Part shown: positions 27,386-36,022 of the stretch, one piece after another
Layout of the letters: the number at the start of each line of letters is the position of its first letter
Numbering within the stretch: the first letter of the stretch is position 1
Assembly (NCBI GenBank): GCA_028706715.1
Contig: JAQTVQ010000004.1
Location: forward strand, 1-53,839
Source: Minisyncoccota bacterium
GTDB lineage: Bacteria; Patescibacteriota; Minisyncoccia; Minisyncoccales; JAQTVQ01
Length of the DNA stretch: 53,839 nucleotides
Reading direction: 5' to 3'
The notes under the pieces: model-generated
The model's input: only the letters and a program-made list of their open reading frames with translations
What the model was told of the DNA's origin: nothing
Database searches by the model: none
Translations under genes and position numbers: made by a program

Positions 27386-28651
27386 ATGAGTTATAATAAT
27401 ATTATGTTGAAAAAATTTTTTTCTGTTGTCTTTGCTGTCGCGTTTTTTGTATGCGGTTTTGCTTTTGCGAACGGAGAAGGAATCGTCGTCCATGTCTTTA
27501 CCAGCACCACTTGTCCTCATTGCGCGCAGGCCAGGAGTTTTTTGGATGATTTTGAAAAAGAAAACAATTTTGGATTAAAGATTAATGATTACGAGTTTGG
27601 AGAAAACATTAATAAAATCAACGAATTTTACGATGCTTATTCCGTTCCGGAAAGCAGGAGAGGATTAGTGCCGGCTATTTTTGTCGGCAATAGATATTGG
27701 GTCGGATTTAACGATTCGGTAACAGGGGAGATCAGCTCTTATTTGGTTGAGTGGAAAAATGCTACAAGCACGGAAAATACGACTACCACGGAAAACGCCA
27801 CCACTTCGGAGAATCCTATTGCTTCAGAAAACGCGTCTACGTCAGGGAATTCCGCCGCCGGAAATAATACCGGCACCGGGAGCGCCGGCAATACGCACAA
27901 TAGCGAAACAATGATCAATCTGCCTTTTTTCGGCGAGGTTAATTTGCTTGATTTTTCTCTGCCGGCGCTGGCGATTGTATTGGGGGCGATGGACGGATTT
28001 AATGTCTGTTCTTTGGGGGCTTTGGTAATGATCTTGGGATTGGTTATTGTTTTGCGATCCCGCAAGAAAATTTTTCTTTTTGGAGGGATCTTTCTTTTGA
28101 TTACCGGGACGGTTTATGGCTTTTTAATCCTTGCGTGGCATCAATTTTTCGTTTTTATCTCTCCTTATATCAGGAGAATGGAAGCTCTTATAGGGTTGTT
28201 GGCCTTAGCTGGCGGGGCGTATTTGCTTAGGGAATTTTATAAAGCGTGGAAAAGCGGTCCGGTTTGCAGCTCAAACAATTTAATGTCCCGCCTGTCTCCG
28301 AAGATTGAAAAGCTTTTTGTGGAAAAATCAGGCTGGATAACCCTTTCCGCGGCAATCGTTCTGTTCGCCGCGATAGTAACGATAGTTGAATTTCCTTGCT
28401 CCGCTTTTCTGCCCGTTCTTTTCGCCGGAATATTGGCGGAGTCCGGCCTTTCTACGAGTTTATCTCTTGCTTATATGGCGCTTTATATAATATTTTATCT
28501 GATTGACGAAGTAATTATTTTTACGATAGCGGCGCTCACTTTAAAAATAAGAATTGTTTCTCCAAGGATTATTGTCTTCTTAAACTTGGCGGCGGCTTTA
28601 GTTTTTATCTTCTTGGGAGTCTATTATTTATTCGGCCATAGCCTCTTTTAG
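27386..28651 (+). CDS. Thioredoxin-fold (CPHC) domain fused to a DsbD/CcdA-like multi-TM thiol-disulfide transporter
   Basis: VHVFTSTTCPHCAQARSFL, then a T/S/N/E-rich linker (TSTENTTTTENATTSENPIASENASTSGNS). About 6 TM helices follow, with Cys in FNVCSLG and EFPCSAF. Confidence 0.65.
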   Translation: MSYNNIMLKKFFSVVFAVAFFVCGFAFANGEGIVVHVFTSTTCPHCAQARSFLDDFEKENNFGLKINDYEFGENINKINEFYDAYSVPESRRGLVPAIFVGNRYWVGFNDSVTGEISSYLVEWKNATSTENTTTTENATTSENPIASENASTSGNSAAGNNTGTGSAGNTHNSETMINLPFFGEVNLLDFSLPALAIVLGAMDGFNVCSLGALVMILGLVIVLRSRKKIFLFGGIFLLITGTVYGFLILAWHQFFVFISPYIRRMEALIGLLALAGGAYLLREFYKAWKSGPVCSSNNLMSRLSPKIEKLFVEKSGWITLSAAIVLFAAIVTIVEFPCSAFLPVLFAGILAESGLSTSLSLAYMALYIIFYLIDEVIIFTIAALTLKIRIVSPRIIVFLNLAAALVFIFLGVYYLFGHSLF

Positions 28652-28690
28652 TTTTGAATATCTGTCTTTGGAATAATAAAAATAGACAAG

Positions 28691-28720
28691 AAAAAACGAC
28701 CGCCTAAGGCGGTCGTTTTT
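28691..28720. terminator. Bidirectional rho-independent terminator
   Basis: aaaaaacgaccgcc-taa-ggcggtcgttttt, between convergent genes. Confidence 0.8.
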
Positions 28721-29144
28721 ATATCTTGCTAGAGGAGGAAGAAGTTGTGTTGAGTTTGTTTTCGTTAGACGCCGCGTTCGCCGGACTTGATGTCGCGTTT
28801 ATGGTTGATGAGGCGGTGCTTGTCGGATTGGAAGAGGCGGGAAGTCCTTGCTTTATGAAAATGTCGGGATAATCTTTTTGATTAGTTTTCTTCAATCTAT
28901 CTTGCCTTATTTTCCATTGCTCCAAGACTTGGCGGAATGTTTCTTCGTCAAATTGTTCCGGTATTTTTTCAACGCCGACCATTATTTCTTTTTGGTTCTT
29001 AACGGGCCGGTAAAGAAAAACAAAAATCAAAAGGGCTGACAGCAAAAAAAGAATCAAAAAAATCCAAAAAGAGCGCTGTGCCAAACGATAGGGGATTTTT
29101 TTAAAATCTATTTTTTTACTTTTATAAATGCTCCTTTTTTTCAT
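28719..29144 (-). CDS. Pilus-cluster membrane protein with a Ser/Thr/Asn-rich tail (unknown)
   Basis: Last ORF of the minus-strand pilus operon. It has one TM helix (FWIFLILFLLSALLIFVFLY). Confidence 0.5.
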   Translation of the reverse strand: MKKRSIYKSKKIDFKKIPYRLAQRSFWIFLILFLLSALLIFVFLYRPVKNQKEIMVGVEKIPEQFDEETFRQVLEQWKIRQDRLKKTNQKDYPDIFIKQGLPASSNPTSTASSTINATSSPANAASNENKLNTTSSSSSKI

Positions 29145-29145
29145 T

Positions 29146-29763
29146 TTATTTAGTATAAACTTTTAAATTGAAAGAAGCGCGGGCTTTTTCTTCTTGGTTT
29201 AAAATTTTTGTTGCGTTTTCTTTCTCGTTTTTTTCGCTGGCGGCTTCTTTTGCTTTATCTTGATTTTGAACCTGCGATTCTTTTGCAATATTTAATCCGT
29301 TAATTTCAACCAAGTAGGGAAGATTGGCCATTCTTTCCAAAAATTTTAAGATTTCAGGCATTGTTCCGTTAAGGCTGATTTTAAAATTTAAAGACGGCCA
29401 AGGCTCTTCGGGCGCGTTTTGAGCGGTAAAGATTTGAGCTGAAGAGATATCAATAACAAGGCCGTTTTGCAAAGCGGATTCTTCCATCAAAGAAATAAAG
29501 AAAACCGGATTTTGAGGATCTATAAAAAGGTCTTCCTTGGACTGGAGAATCGGCTTTATCTCTTTTTCGTATTTCGGCTTAAAATTTTGCAGGTTTTTAA
29601 TTTTAGTTTCCAAAACGGCTGATTCTTCTTTCATTTCCGACAATTTTTCTCCGCTTTTTACGGCTTGAGTCAAGCAAGGCTGGATTAGAAAGAACAGCAA
29701 AAGAAAAGCCAGGGCCGTAACGGTTGCTATTGATATGTTTGTTTGCGTTTTCAAGTCTTTCAT
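29146..29763 (-). CDS. pilO: PilO-like type IV pilus assembly protein
   Basis: Architecture of TM helix, coiled coil and small alpha/beta domain. It lies directly downstream of pilM-pilN. Confidence 0.5.
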   Translation of the reverse strand: MKDLKTQTNISIATVTALAFLLLFFLIQPCLTQAVKSGEKLSEMKEESAVLETKIKNLQNFKPKYEKEIKPILQSKEDLFIDPQNPVFFISLMEESALQNGLVIDISSAQIFTAQNAPEEPWPSLNFKISLNGTMPEILKFLERMANLPYLVEINGLNIAKESQVQNQDKAKEAASEKNEKENATKILNQEEKARASFNLKVYTK

Positions 29764-29769
29764 ATGATA

Positions 29770-30312
29770 TTAATCAATCAAAATATTGAAGCTTATTGAA
29801 AAATTTATATTGTTCTTTTTAATCCAGCTTTCGGGAGGGAAAAAAACATCGGAAAAATCTTCTTCGGCGCCTTCAAGATTTGTTTTTAATAAATTCAGGC
29901 CTTCTCTCGTGTCGGAAGATCCTTGCATGGAAATGCTGATGCCTTTATCGTTTTTTGAAAGAAAGCTTATAGAAGATAAATAGACGTCTGCAGGGATTTT
30001 CGGATAAAGCTTATTGAATATTTCCGTATAATCAGTTTGGCCGCCGTAAAAATTTTTTAATTTTAAAATTTTCGTATTCACGGACGCTGTTTCTTCTTCC
30101 AATCCTTTCAAAGATTCCAGCGAGGCTTTTTTATCGTTGTAATAAATTTTTTGGATTTCAAGATCAGCGTCAAGAAAGCCTTTTACGAGAAATAAAAGCA
30201 ATCCCAAAGACAAGAGATAGGCGATTAAAATAAGGCCAAGGATTGAAACAATCTTCAGTTTTTCTTCCTGCCTTATCTCTTTTTTTTGATTGTCTGGCAA
30301 AAGGTTGATCAT
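29770..30312 (-). CDS. pilN: PilN-like type IV pilus assembly protein
   Basis: Starts MINLLPDNQKKEIRQ (the INLLP motif), followed by one TM helix. It overlaps the pilM stop. Confidence 0.65.
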   Translation of the reverse strand: MINLLPDNQKKEIRQEEKLKIVSILGLILIAYLLSLGLLLFLVKGFLDADLEIQKIYYNDKKASLESLKGLEEETASVNTKILKLKNFYGGQTDYTEIFNKLYPKIPADVYLSSISFLSKNDKGISISMQGSSDTREGLNLLKTNLEGAEEDFSDVFFPPESWIKKNNINFSISFNILID

Positions 30313-31436
30313 TCTTCGTTTAAGGCTCTTCTAGCCAGGCCTAATGCGGTGGCGTATTTGAGCGATTTTTCCATTGGCATATCAGGATTTTGCTTATTGG
30401 CTATGCCTATCCAAGGAGCTGCTATCTCTACGTCGGATTTAAGCTCTAAAGAAAGCAAGTTCTCCAATCCTTTCAAGCTGGCTCCGCCGCCGCAAATTAT
30501 TAATTTCTTAATTTTCTTAATTTTTTTTGACATGACTTGGCATGACGGTGATTGATAAAAATCCATATATTTTTTAACTTGTTGGACCATGTCAATCAAA
30601 GGAGGGATTAAAGCCTGGAAGATTTCGCCTTTGGTGATTTCCGCTCCGACTTCTTCTTTTATCCTTATCCTCATTCTTTCCTTGATGCCGTAGCGGGCGA
30701 TTAACGTTTCGGCTTTTTCCATATCAACTCCCAAATCCTGCGCTATTATTTTTTTAAACAGATATCCTGAAATTGGAATTGAGGCGGTAAACCTTATGGA
30801 CCCTCCGCAAAAGACGACAAAAATAGTGCGGCTTTCTCCCAAATCAAGTATCGCGACAGGATCTTCTAGCTTTTCTTTGATTATAGCGCGGCTTATCGCT
30901 TGAGATTCCACTTCAAAAGCTATGGGTTCCAACCCGGCCAGCTTAAGGCATGATGAATAATCGTCCGCTATTTTTTTCGGTATGGCGGCTATTAAAATTT
31001 CTTGATTTTCTTCAACGGCTCCGCAGCTGCAGACGTTTGAAGATGCTACCGGCTGGAAATCAAGATAAACATCGTTAATTGACATAGGAATATAATTTTC
31101 TGCCTCGTAAAATACGGCGGACTTAAGCTCTTCTTCCGAAAGCGCCGGCATCTTGATTACTTGCAGGAAAGTTTTTTCTTCGGGAAGAGAGGCAACGACA
31201 TACTTGGTTTTTATTTTTTTTCCGCAAGCGTTTTTAAGAGATTTTTTGATTATTTCGGCGAGTTTTTTTTGATCTTTAATCTCTCCTTCTTTTATTATGC
31301 CCTGATCTATCTTTTCGCATCCAAAAGATTCCAATTTTAAATCATCGCCGCTCTTTTTAAGTTTGGCGATTTTCAAAGACAAATCGGAAACATCCAATCC
31401 AAAGGCTTCTTTTTTCAAGTTTAGAGATTCAAACAT
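30309..31436 (-). CDS. pilM: PilM, actin-like type IV pilus assembly ATPase
   Basis: GLDVSDLSLKIAKL..., ILDLGESRTIFVV, ICGGGASLKGL: the FtsA/PilM fold motifs. Confidence 0.8.
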   Translation of the reverse strand: MFESLNLKKEAFGLDVSDLSLKIAKLKKSGDDLKLESFGCEKIDQGIIKEGEIKDQKKLAEIIKKSLKNACGKKIKTKYVVASLPEEKTFLQVIKMPALSEEELKSAVFYEAENYIPMSINDVYLDFQPVASSNVCSCGAVEENQEILIAAIPKKIADDYSSCLKLAGLEPIAFEVESQAISRAIIKEKLEDPVAILDLGESRTIFVVFCGGSIRFTASIPISGYLFKKIIAQDLGVDMEKAETLIARYGIKERMRIRIKEEVGAEITKGEIFQALIPPLIDMVQQVKKYMDFYQSPSCQVMSKKIKKIKKLIICGGGASLKGLENLLSLELKSDVEIAAPWIGIANKQNPDMPMEKSLKYATALGLARRALNEE

Positions 31437-31525
31437 TTTTTAGAAAAATCTGAAGTATTTTATTTATTATATATTTTTTTCAGATAAAAATTAAGGCTAT
31501 TTTATCAACAATTTCATTTGGAAAG

Positions 31526-33001
31526 CTAATAAAGCTCTTCCCAATGATCAATAGTTATAACCGGTGAAAATTCCGGTTGTGTTCCTCCTGGAGGAGGCGT
31601 GGATCCTCCCCAAATACCTTCTTGAATTTTTTGTTCGTCAAAATAAAATTCAAGCGGCTGAAAGACGCTGAACATAGCAAATTTGCTGGCCATTATTCCA
31701 CCGACTATTTGGAAATTTTGCGGTAGGCTTATCAAATCCATTTTGTCTCCAGCATAAATTATTCCTTCTATGGAGGAGCTTGTTAAAGAAGAAAACAGAT
31801 CAAAATTAACGCTTCCTTTGCTTAGGAGCCCCGATGGTATCCCAACTCCGGGATCATTGACTTTAACTTGGTCAAAACCGCACTGTATTCCCCAGCAGAG
31901 TTTTTCTCCAATTTCAATATCGCCGTCGGCAATCAAAACTCCGTTAATTTCCATTTTTCTTTGGCCTTTTAGCTCAATTGCTCCGGTTACATAGTAGGTG
32001 GAAGTGGCTATCCCGTTTGCTTTGTGGTTTAGATATAATGTTCCGTTCCATCCGATATTGCTGAGAAGATTTCTAAATTCGGAAGAAGTAAAAAGACATT
32101 TATCGCTGGTTACGACAACAGATCCGTTGTAATTTTTTCCGACGATTTCGCATTGGCCTTGATTTTGGGCGTTAATAGCCTTATTTTTGTAGGAAGACGC
32201 CAGCCCGGAATCAAAATCAACAGCAGGCATATCTTTTTTTTCAGGAGGACAATTGCCTGTCGGACAATTTGGTCCGCATCCTTTTTTTGAACAAGTTGAA
32301 GAGCTGTTAAAAGAACTATCCGTAATGTTGATATTGTTGTAGGCGAAAGCAAGTCCTTCCTGCTCAATCGTTGATTGGTTATCGTAAAGATTTACCGTGC
32401 TTGCCGATTTGATATTGATATTGTTGTTGCTGAAAATATTGCCGTTGTGTATGTTTATTTTACTTGCATGGATTGTGATTTCGCCGCTCGGAGAGCCGGA
32501 GAAAACGGAGCTGCTTTCAATTAGGCTGCCAAGAGCTTTATAAACTTTTATTTTAACTATTCTTTGGTTGCCGTGAGTTGAACTTGCCATGGTTGTTATC
32601 TCTCCGTTGCCGCAAGAAGAATTTTCAATTGATACAGTATAACTATTTCCAAAGATTAAAGATCCTGCTTCTTTTTGACTAGAGGTTGTCCAGTTATAAC
32701 AATCACAATAAGCAGTTGAGCTTGTAAAGCAAAGATTCCAATCAGAGTCGTTTTTTAATCTCCAAATGGCTTCGTTTATTCCGGCTTCGGCGATGTAGTA
32801 AGTCTGCAAGGTTTGAATTTGGCTTTTTGATATTTTATATTCAGTAACAGAAAGAGAAAGGAAATAAGAACTGATTAACAGCAAAATCAGCATCGCTCCC
32901 ATAGCGATAATGATGACCGATCCCTTTTGGCTTTTTTTTCTGTAAAAGCGATTAGAGATTGCGGCCCAATATTTTATTCTCAATTTCCAGCAGCTGCTCA
33001 T
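31526..33001 (-). CDS. PilX-like large pilus-associated protein
   Basis: KGSVIIIAMGAMLILLLISSYFL plus YYIAEAGINEAIWRL (PilX N-terminal pattern). A roughly 400-aa Asn/Ser/Gly-rich beta-type region follows. The start is uncertain (50-nt overlap with the upstream gene). Confidence 0.6.
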   Translation of the reverse strand: MSSCWKLRIKYWAAISNRFYRKKSQKGSVIIIAMGAMLILLLISSYFLSLSVTEYKISKSQIQTLQTYYIAEAGINEAIWRLKNDSDWNLCFTSSTAYCDCYNWTTSSQKEAGSLIFGNSYTVSIENSSCGNGEITTMASSTHGNQRIVKIKVYKALGSLIESSSVFSGSPSGEITIHASKINIHNGNIFSNNNINIKSASTVNLYDNQSTIEQEGLAFAYNNINITDSSFNSSSTCSKKGCGPNCPTGNCPPEKKDMPAVDFDSGLASSYKNKAINAQNQGQCEIVGKNYNGSVVVTSDKCLFTSSEFRNLLSNIGWNGTLYLNHKANGIATSTYYVTGAIELKGQRKMEINGVLIADGDIEIGEKLCWGIQCGFDQVKVNDPGVGIPSGLLSKGSVNFDLFSSLTSSSIEGIIYAGDKMDLISLPQNFQIVGGIMASKFAMFSVFQPLEFYFDEQKIQEGIWGGSTPPPGGTQPEFSPVITIDHWEELY

Positions 33002-33764
33002 TTTTAGCTAGATTAATTTTTATATTGATAAGCTTGTTTCCCCAAAATTTTATACCTTGAACGAATTCTCCAACGAGCTCGGGTCCTTCCAGCAGTTTTG
33101 AAGTCAAGATTTCGCTGGACGAAGTAGCATTATGAGGGAGATAACAATAGGGATCGCTTGGAAAATAATAAACCTTAACTTCTTTGTAAAGTTCAGTTGA
33201 GCTGGCAAAATACCTGATATAATAATAATCGCTGCTTATGCTGTAGATTGATGCGACAGTCGGAATTGGATCTTCCCATGGCCGGTCAATTGTGGCGGCT
33301 TTCGTGCTTCCGTCATATCCGGTGATTTTTCTTATTTTATTATTTTCGTTTCCCCATCCGGAAGTTATTTCCATAAAAGAATCTTTATAAAAATCGTCAG
33401 TTGGCGAAGAGTCTGCCGCTAAAGCAATCGTGCTTGTTGATGCGGATTGAGGAGATCCGTTAATGTTGAAAGAGCCAAGGTGTCCGTCCTGGAATTCTAT
33501 TTCAGAGGCGGCAGTGATTTCTTCTTCTGTTATGTTGTTGGATATCTGCTTTGATTGGCGGATTTCCCTGGTGATTCTTTCCATTATTATCCTTCCGTTT
33601 TGCGTAATTTCAGCCAAATCTTGCTGTTCCATAAAAATTTTTTGTCCGTAAAATTGGGCTGAAAAAATCGCGCCTGCGGCAATGGCAAAAACCGTGATTA
33701 CAATCATAGTTTCCAAAAGAGTGAATCCGTCCGATTTTTTCTGTTTGAATTTTTCTTCTTTCAT
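32952..33764 (-). CDS. Minor (pseudo)pilin with prepilin-type N-terminal cleavage/methylation motif
   Basis: KKSDG|FTLLETMIVITVFAIAAGAIF. Confidence 0.75.
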   Translation of the reverse strand: MKEEKFKQKKSDGFTLLETMIVITVFAIAAGAIFSAQFYGQKIFMEQQDLAEITQNGRIIMERITREIRQSKQISNNITEEEITAASEIEFQDGHLGSFNINGSPQSASTSTIALAADSSPTDDFYKDSFMEITSGWGNENNKIRKITGYDGSTKAATIDRPWEDPIPTVASIYSISSDYYYIRYFASSTELYKEVKVYYFPSDPYCYLPHNATSSSEILTSKLLEGPELVGEFVQGIKFWGNKLINIKINLAKNEQLLEIENKILGRNL

Positions 33765-34156
33765 TTTCTTGAATATAGAGTGGAGAGCTCAACGGTTTGC
33801 TCGGGAACGTCCCGCCCCCAAAATACTTTAATTTTTATTCTCTTAATTCCAAGATCGGTATCGGTAGCGTTTAAATCGTCAAGGGGATCAATATAAGCGA
33901 CATTGGTTTGGATATAATAGTTTAAGGTGCTCGTAGTTGTTGTCCCTGTGGAGAGTAAAGGGTTGTCGTAGTCATAAGAGAGGAGGGTTTCCAATTGTCC
34001 TTGTGCGAGATAAGCGGCGGTTGAATTATTTTTGGCAATGCCTTCTTTCTGCACCGCCGCAGGGAAAGACTGCAGGATTCCTATAATTCCGATAGACAAG
34101 ACCGCCAAAGCAACAATGACCTCTATTAAAGTAATGCCTTTTTGATTTTTAGACAT
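33761..34156 (-). CDS. PilV-like minor pilin
   Basis: NQKG|ITLIEVIVALAVLSIGIIGIL; 131 aa. Confidence 0.75.
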   Translation of the reverse strand: MSKNQKGITLIEVIVALAVLSIGIIGILQSFPAAVQKEGIAKNNSTAAYLAQGQLETLLSYDYDNPLLSTGTTTTSTLNYYIQTNVAYIDPLDDLNATDTDLGIKRIKIKVFWGRDVPEQTVELSTLYSRK

Positions 34157-34157
34157 A

Positions 34158-34778
34158 TTAATCCGTTTTTTTAATGAAGCCTGACGGCTTTACTTCTACT
34201 GTTGAAGTAGAGTATTCATTGTTTTCAATCGTTATTGATCCCGCTTCAACCGCTGCGCCGTAAATATTAAATATCAATTTATTGTCAGTAAAATTAATTT
34301 GGCGGAGGCTGATTGCGGAAGGAAGAAAAATATTCTTGATTAATTCTTCAGGCTGGGAACATTTAATAACTTGGTATTTTTTCTCGCTCGGATAAAAATA
34401 TACGCCATAGTTTATTTGCTGGGATACGGCTAATTGCTGGGCGTAGCGCATATTGCTTATTATTTCTTTGGAGGTGTTTGACAATTCCAAAGCCGGCCGA
34501 TAAAGAGAAAAAGAAAAAAGGCACAGGCCGGCCATTATTCCGGCAACGGCAAAGACAATCATTATTTCAATCAGAGAGAACCCTTTGCCGTTTTTTTCTT
34601 CTGTTGTTTTTTTATAATCAGAGCCGCTTTTAAGGCAATAGTTTATTATTTTGTTTTGGAGCCAGGGGATAATCAAAAATTTTAAAGCAAAAAGCAGCGC
34701 CAGCAGAAAAACCTTTCTTCTCTTTCTTTTGATTTGTTCATTTTGCTGCTCGTTTTGGGATTGGAGCTCTTTAATCAT
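34158..34778 (-). CDS. FimT/GspH-like pseudopilin with an unusually long (~74 aa) pre-sequence
   Basis: GKG|FSLIEIMIVFAVAGIMAGL lies at aa 73-95. The ATG at 34778 sits 1 nt from the pilC stop, and there is no internal ATG before the cleavage motif. Confidence 0.65.
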   Translation of the reverse strand: MIKELQSQNEQQNEQIKRKRRKVFLLALLFALKFLIIPWLQNKIINYCLKSGSDYKKTTEEKNGKGFSLIEIMIVFAVAGIMAGLCLFSFSLYRPALELSNTSKEIISNMRYAQQLAVSQQINYGVYFYPSEKKYQVIKCSQPEELIKNIFLPSAISLRQINFTDNKLIFNIYGAAVEAGSITIENNEYSTSTVEVKPSGFIKKTD

Positions 34779-34779
34779 T

Positions 34780-35946
34780 TTAATGAATTCCGTGCATTAT
34801 GCTGTTTAAGGGCTGCATCATGGAAACGGCGAAAAAGCCGATGCCTCCTCCGAGAATCAAAATCATTATCGGTTCAATAATAGAGGCCATATTCTTGGTG
34901 GTTTCGGTGACGTTTTGCTCATAAAAATCGGCGAGTTTTTCCAGTATCGTTGAGGTCTCTCCCGTTTCTTCTCCTACGGCAACCATTTGGATTACTGTTT
35001 GAGGATAAATGCCGGAATAATCTTTCAGGGCTTCTGAAAGCTTTTCTCCCTTTCTTACCCTGTTTGCGGAATCAACAAGAGCTTTTTTATAATAACCGTT
35101 GCTGACGGTTTCTGAAGTTATTTCCAAAGATTTAGGCAAGGGCACTCCGGCCGCGGACAAAGAGCTTAGATTTCTAACGGTATAAGCGGAGTTTATATCT
35201 TTGACTAGGGGAGATATAACCGGAAATTTTAAGGCAGTCCAATCAAGTATTTTTTTCCCGAAGGGCTTTTTTGAGAACCACATAAAGAAAATAACAGAGC
35301 CTGCAATAATCAGCAGGGCGATATACCATTTTTCAGCCAAAAATTTTCCCAAACCGATCATTATTTGGGTCGTCATGGGGAGTTCTATATTCATGCTTTC
35401 AAACACCGAAGATAATTGGGGAACAACGATTATAAGCATTGCCGCTCCGATTAAAAGCATCGCGGAAACAATAACGGCCGGATAAGTCATTGCTCCTTTA
35501 ATTTTGGACTGTAATTCGTAAGATCTTTCCATTTGAGTTGCTAGAGTTTTCAAAACTTCTTCCATTGTCCCGGTTTCCTCTCCCACTTTAATCATGCTTT
35601 GGAAAAGACTGGGAAAAATTTTAGAGTGGGAAGAGAGGGAGTCGGACAATCTTTGCCCTTTAGCTACTTGATCTTTGATGTTGGTAAGGGCTTTTTTGAA
35701 AGCAGGGCTTTTGACTTGGCAGGAGATAATATCAATGGCGCGGGGAATGGAAAGCCCGGCAGAAATCATTACTTGAAGGTTTCTGGTAAAAAACATTTTT
35801 TCCGCCAAAGAGACTCCTCCGATTCCAATACTGATTTCGGATATTTTTTTCAACCCTCCTTTTTTCCCCTGCGGGCTTGCTTTTATCAAAACTAACCCTT
35901 GGCTGCGCAAAAGGCTGGCCAGCTGGTTTTCATCTTTGGCTTCCAT
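34780..35946 (-). CDS. pilC: PilC/GspF-family pilus platform protein
   Basis: Two GspF repeats. The in-frame codons upstream of the first ATG encode ANYFYKAKSLKGLQRSGQ, which looks like the conserved PilC N-terminus. The true start may therefore be a non-canonical codon near 36003. Confidence 0.85.
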   Translation of the reverse strand: MEAKDENQLASLLRSQGLVLIKASPQGKKGGLKKISEISIGIGGVSLAEKMFFTRNLQVMISAGLSIPRAIDIISCQVKSPAFKKALTNIKDQVAKGQRLSDSLSSHSKIFPSLFQSMIKVGEETGTMEEVLKTLATQMERSYELQSKIKGAMTYPAVIVSAMLLIGAAMLIIVVPQLSSVFESMNIELPMTTQIMIGLGKFLAEKWYIALLIIAGSVIFFMWFSKKPFGKKILDWTALKFPVISPLVKDINSAYTVRNLSSLSAAGVPLPKSLEITSETVSNGYYKKALVDSANRVRKGEKLSEALKDYSGIYPQTVIQMVAVGEETGETSTILEKLADFYEQNVTETTKNMASIIEPIMILILGGGIGFFAVSMMQPLNSIMHGIH

Positions 35947-36022
35947 CTGTCCGGATCGTTGAAGCCCTTTTAGGGATTTTGCTTTGTAAAAATAATTGGC
36001 GATAAGATTTTGAAATTATTTT

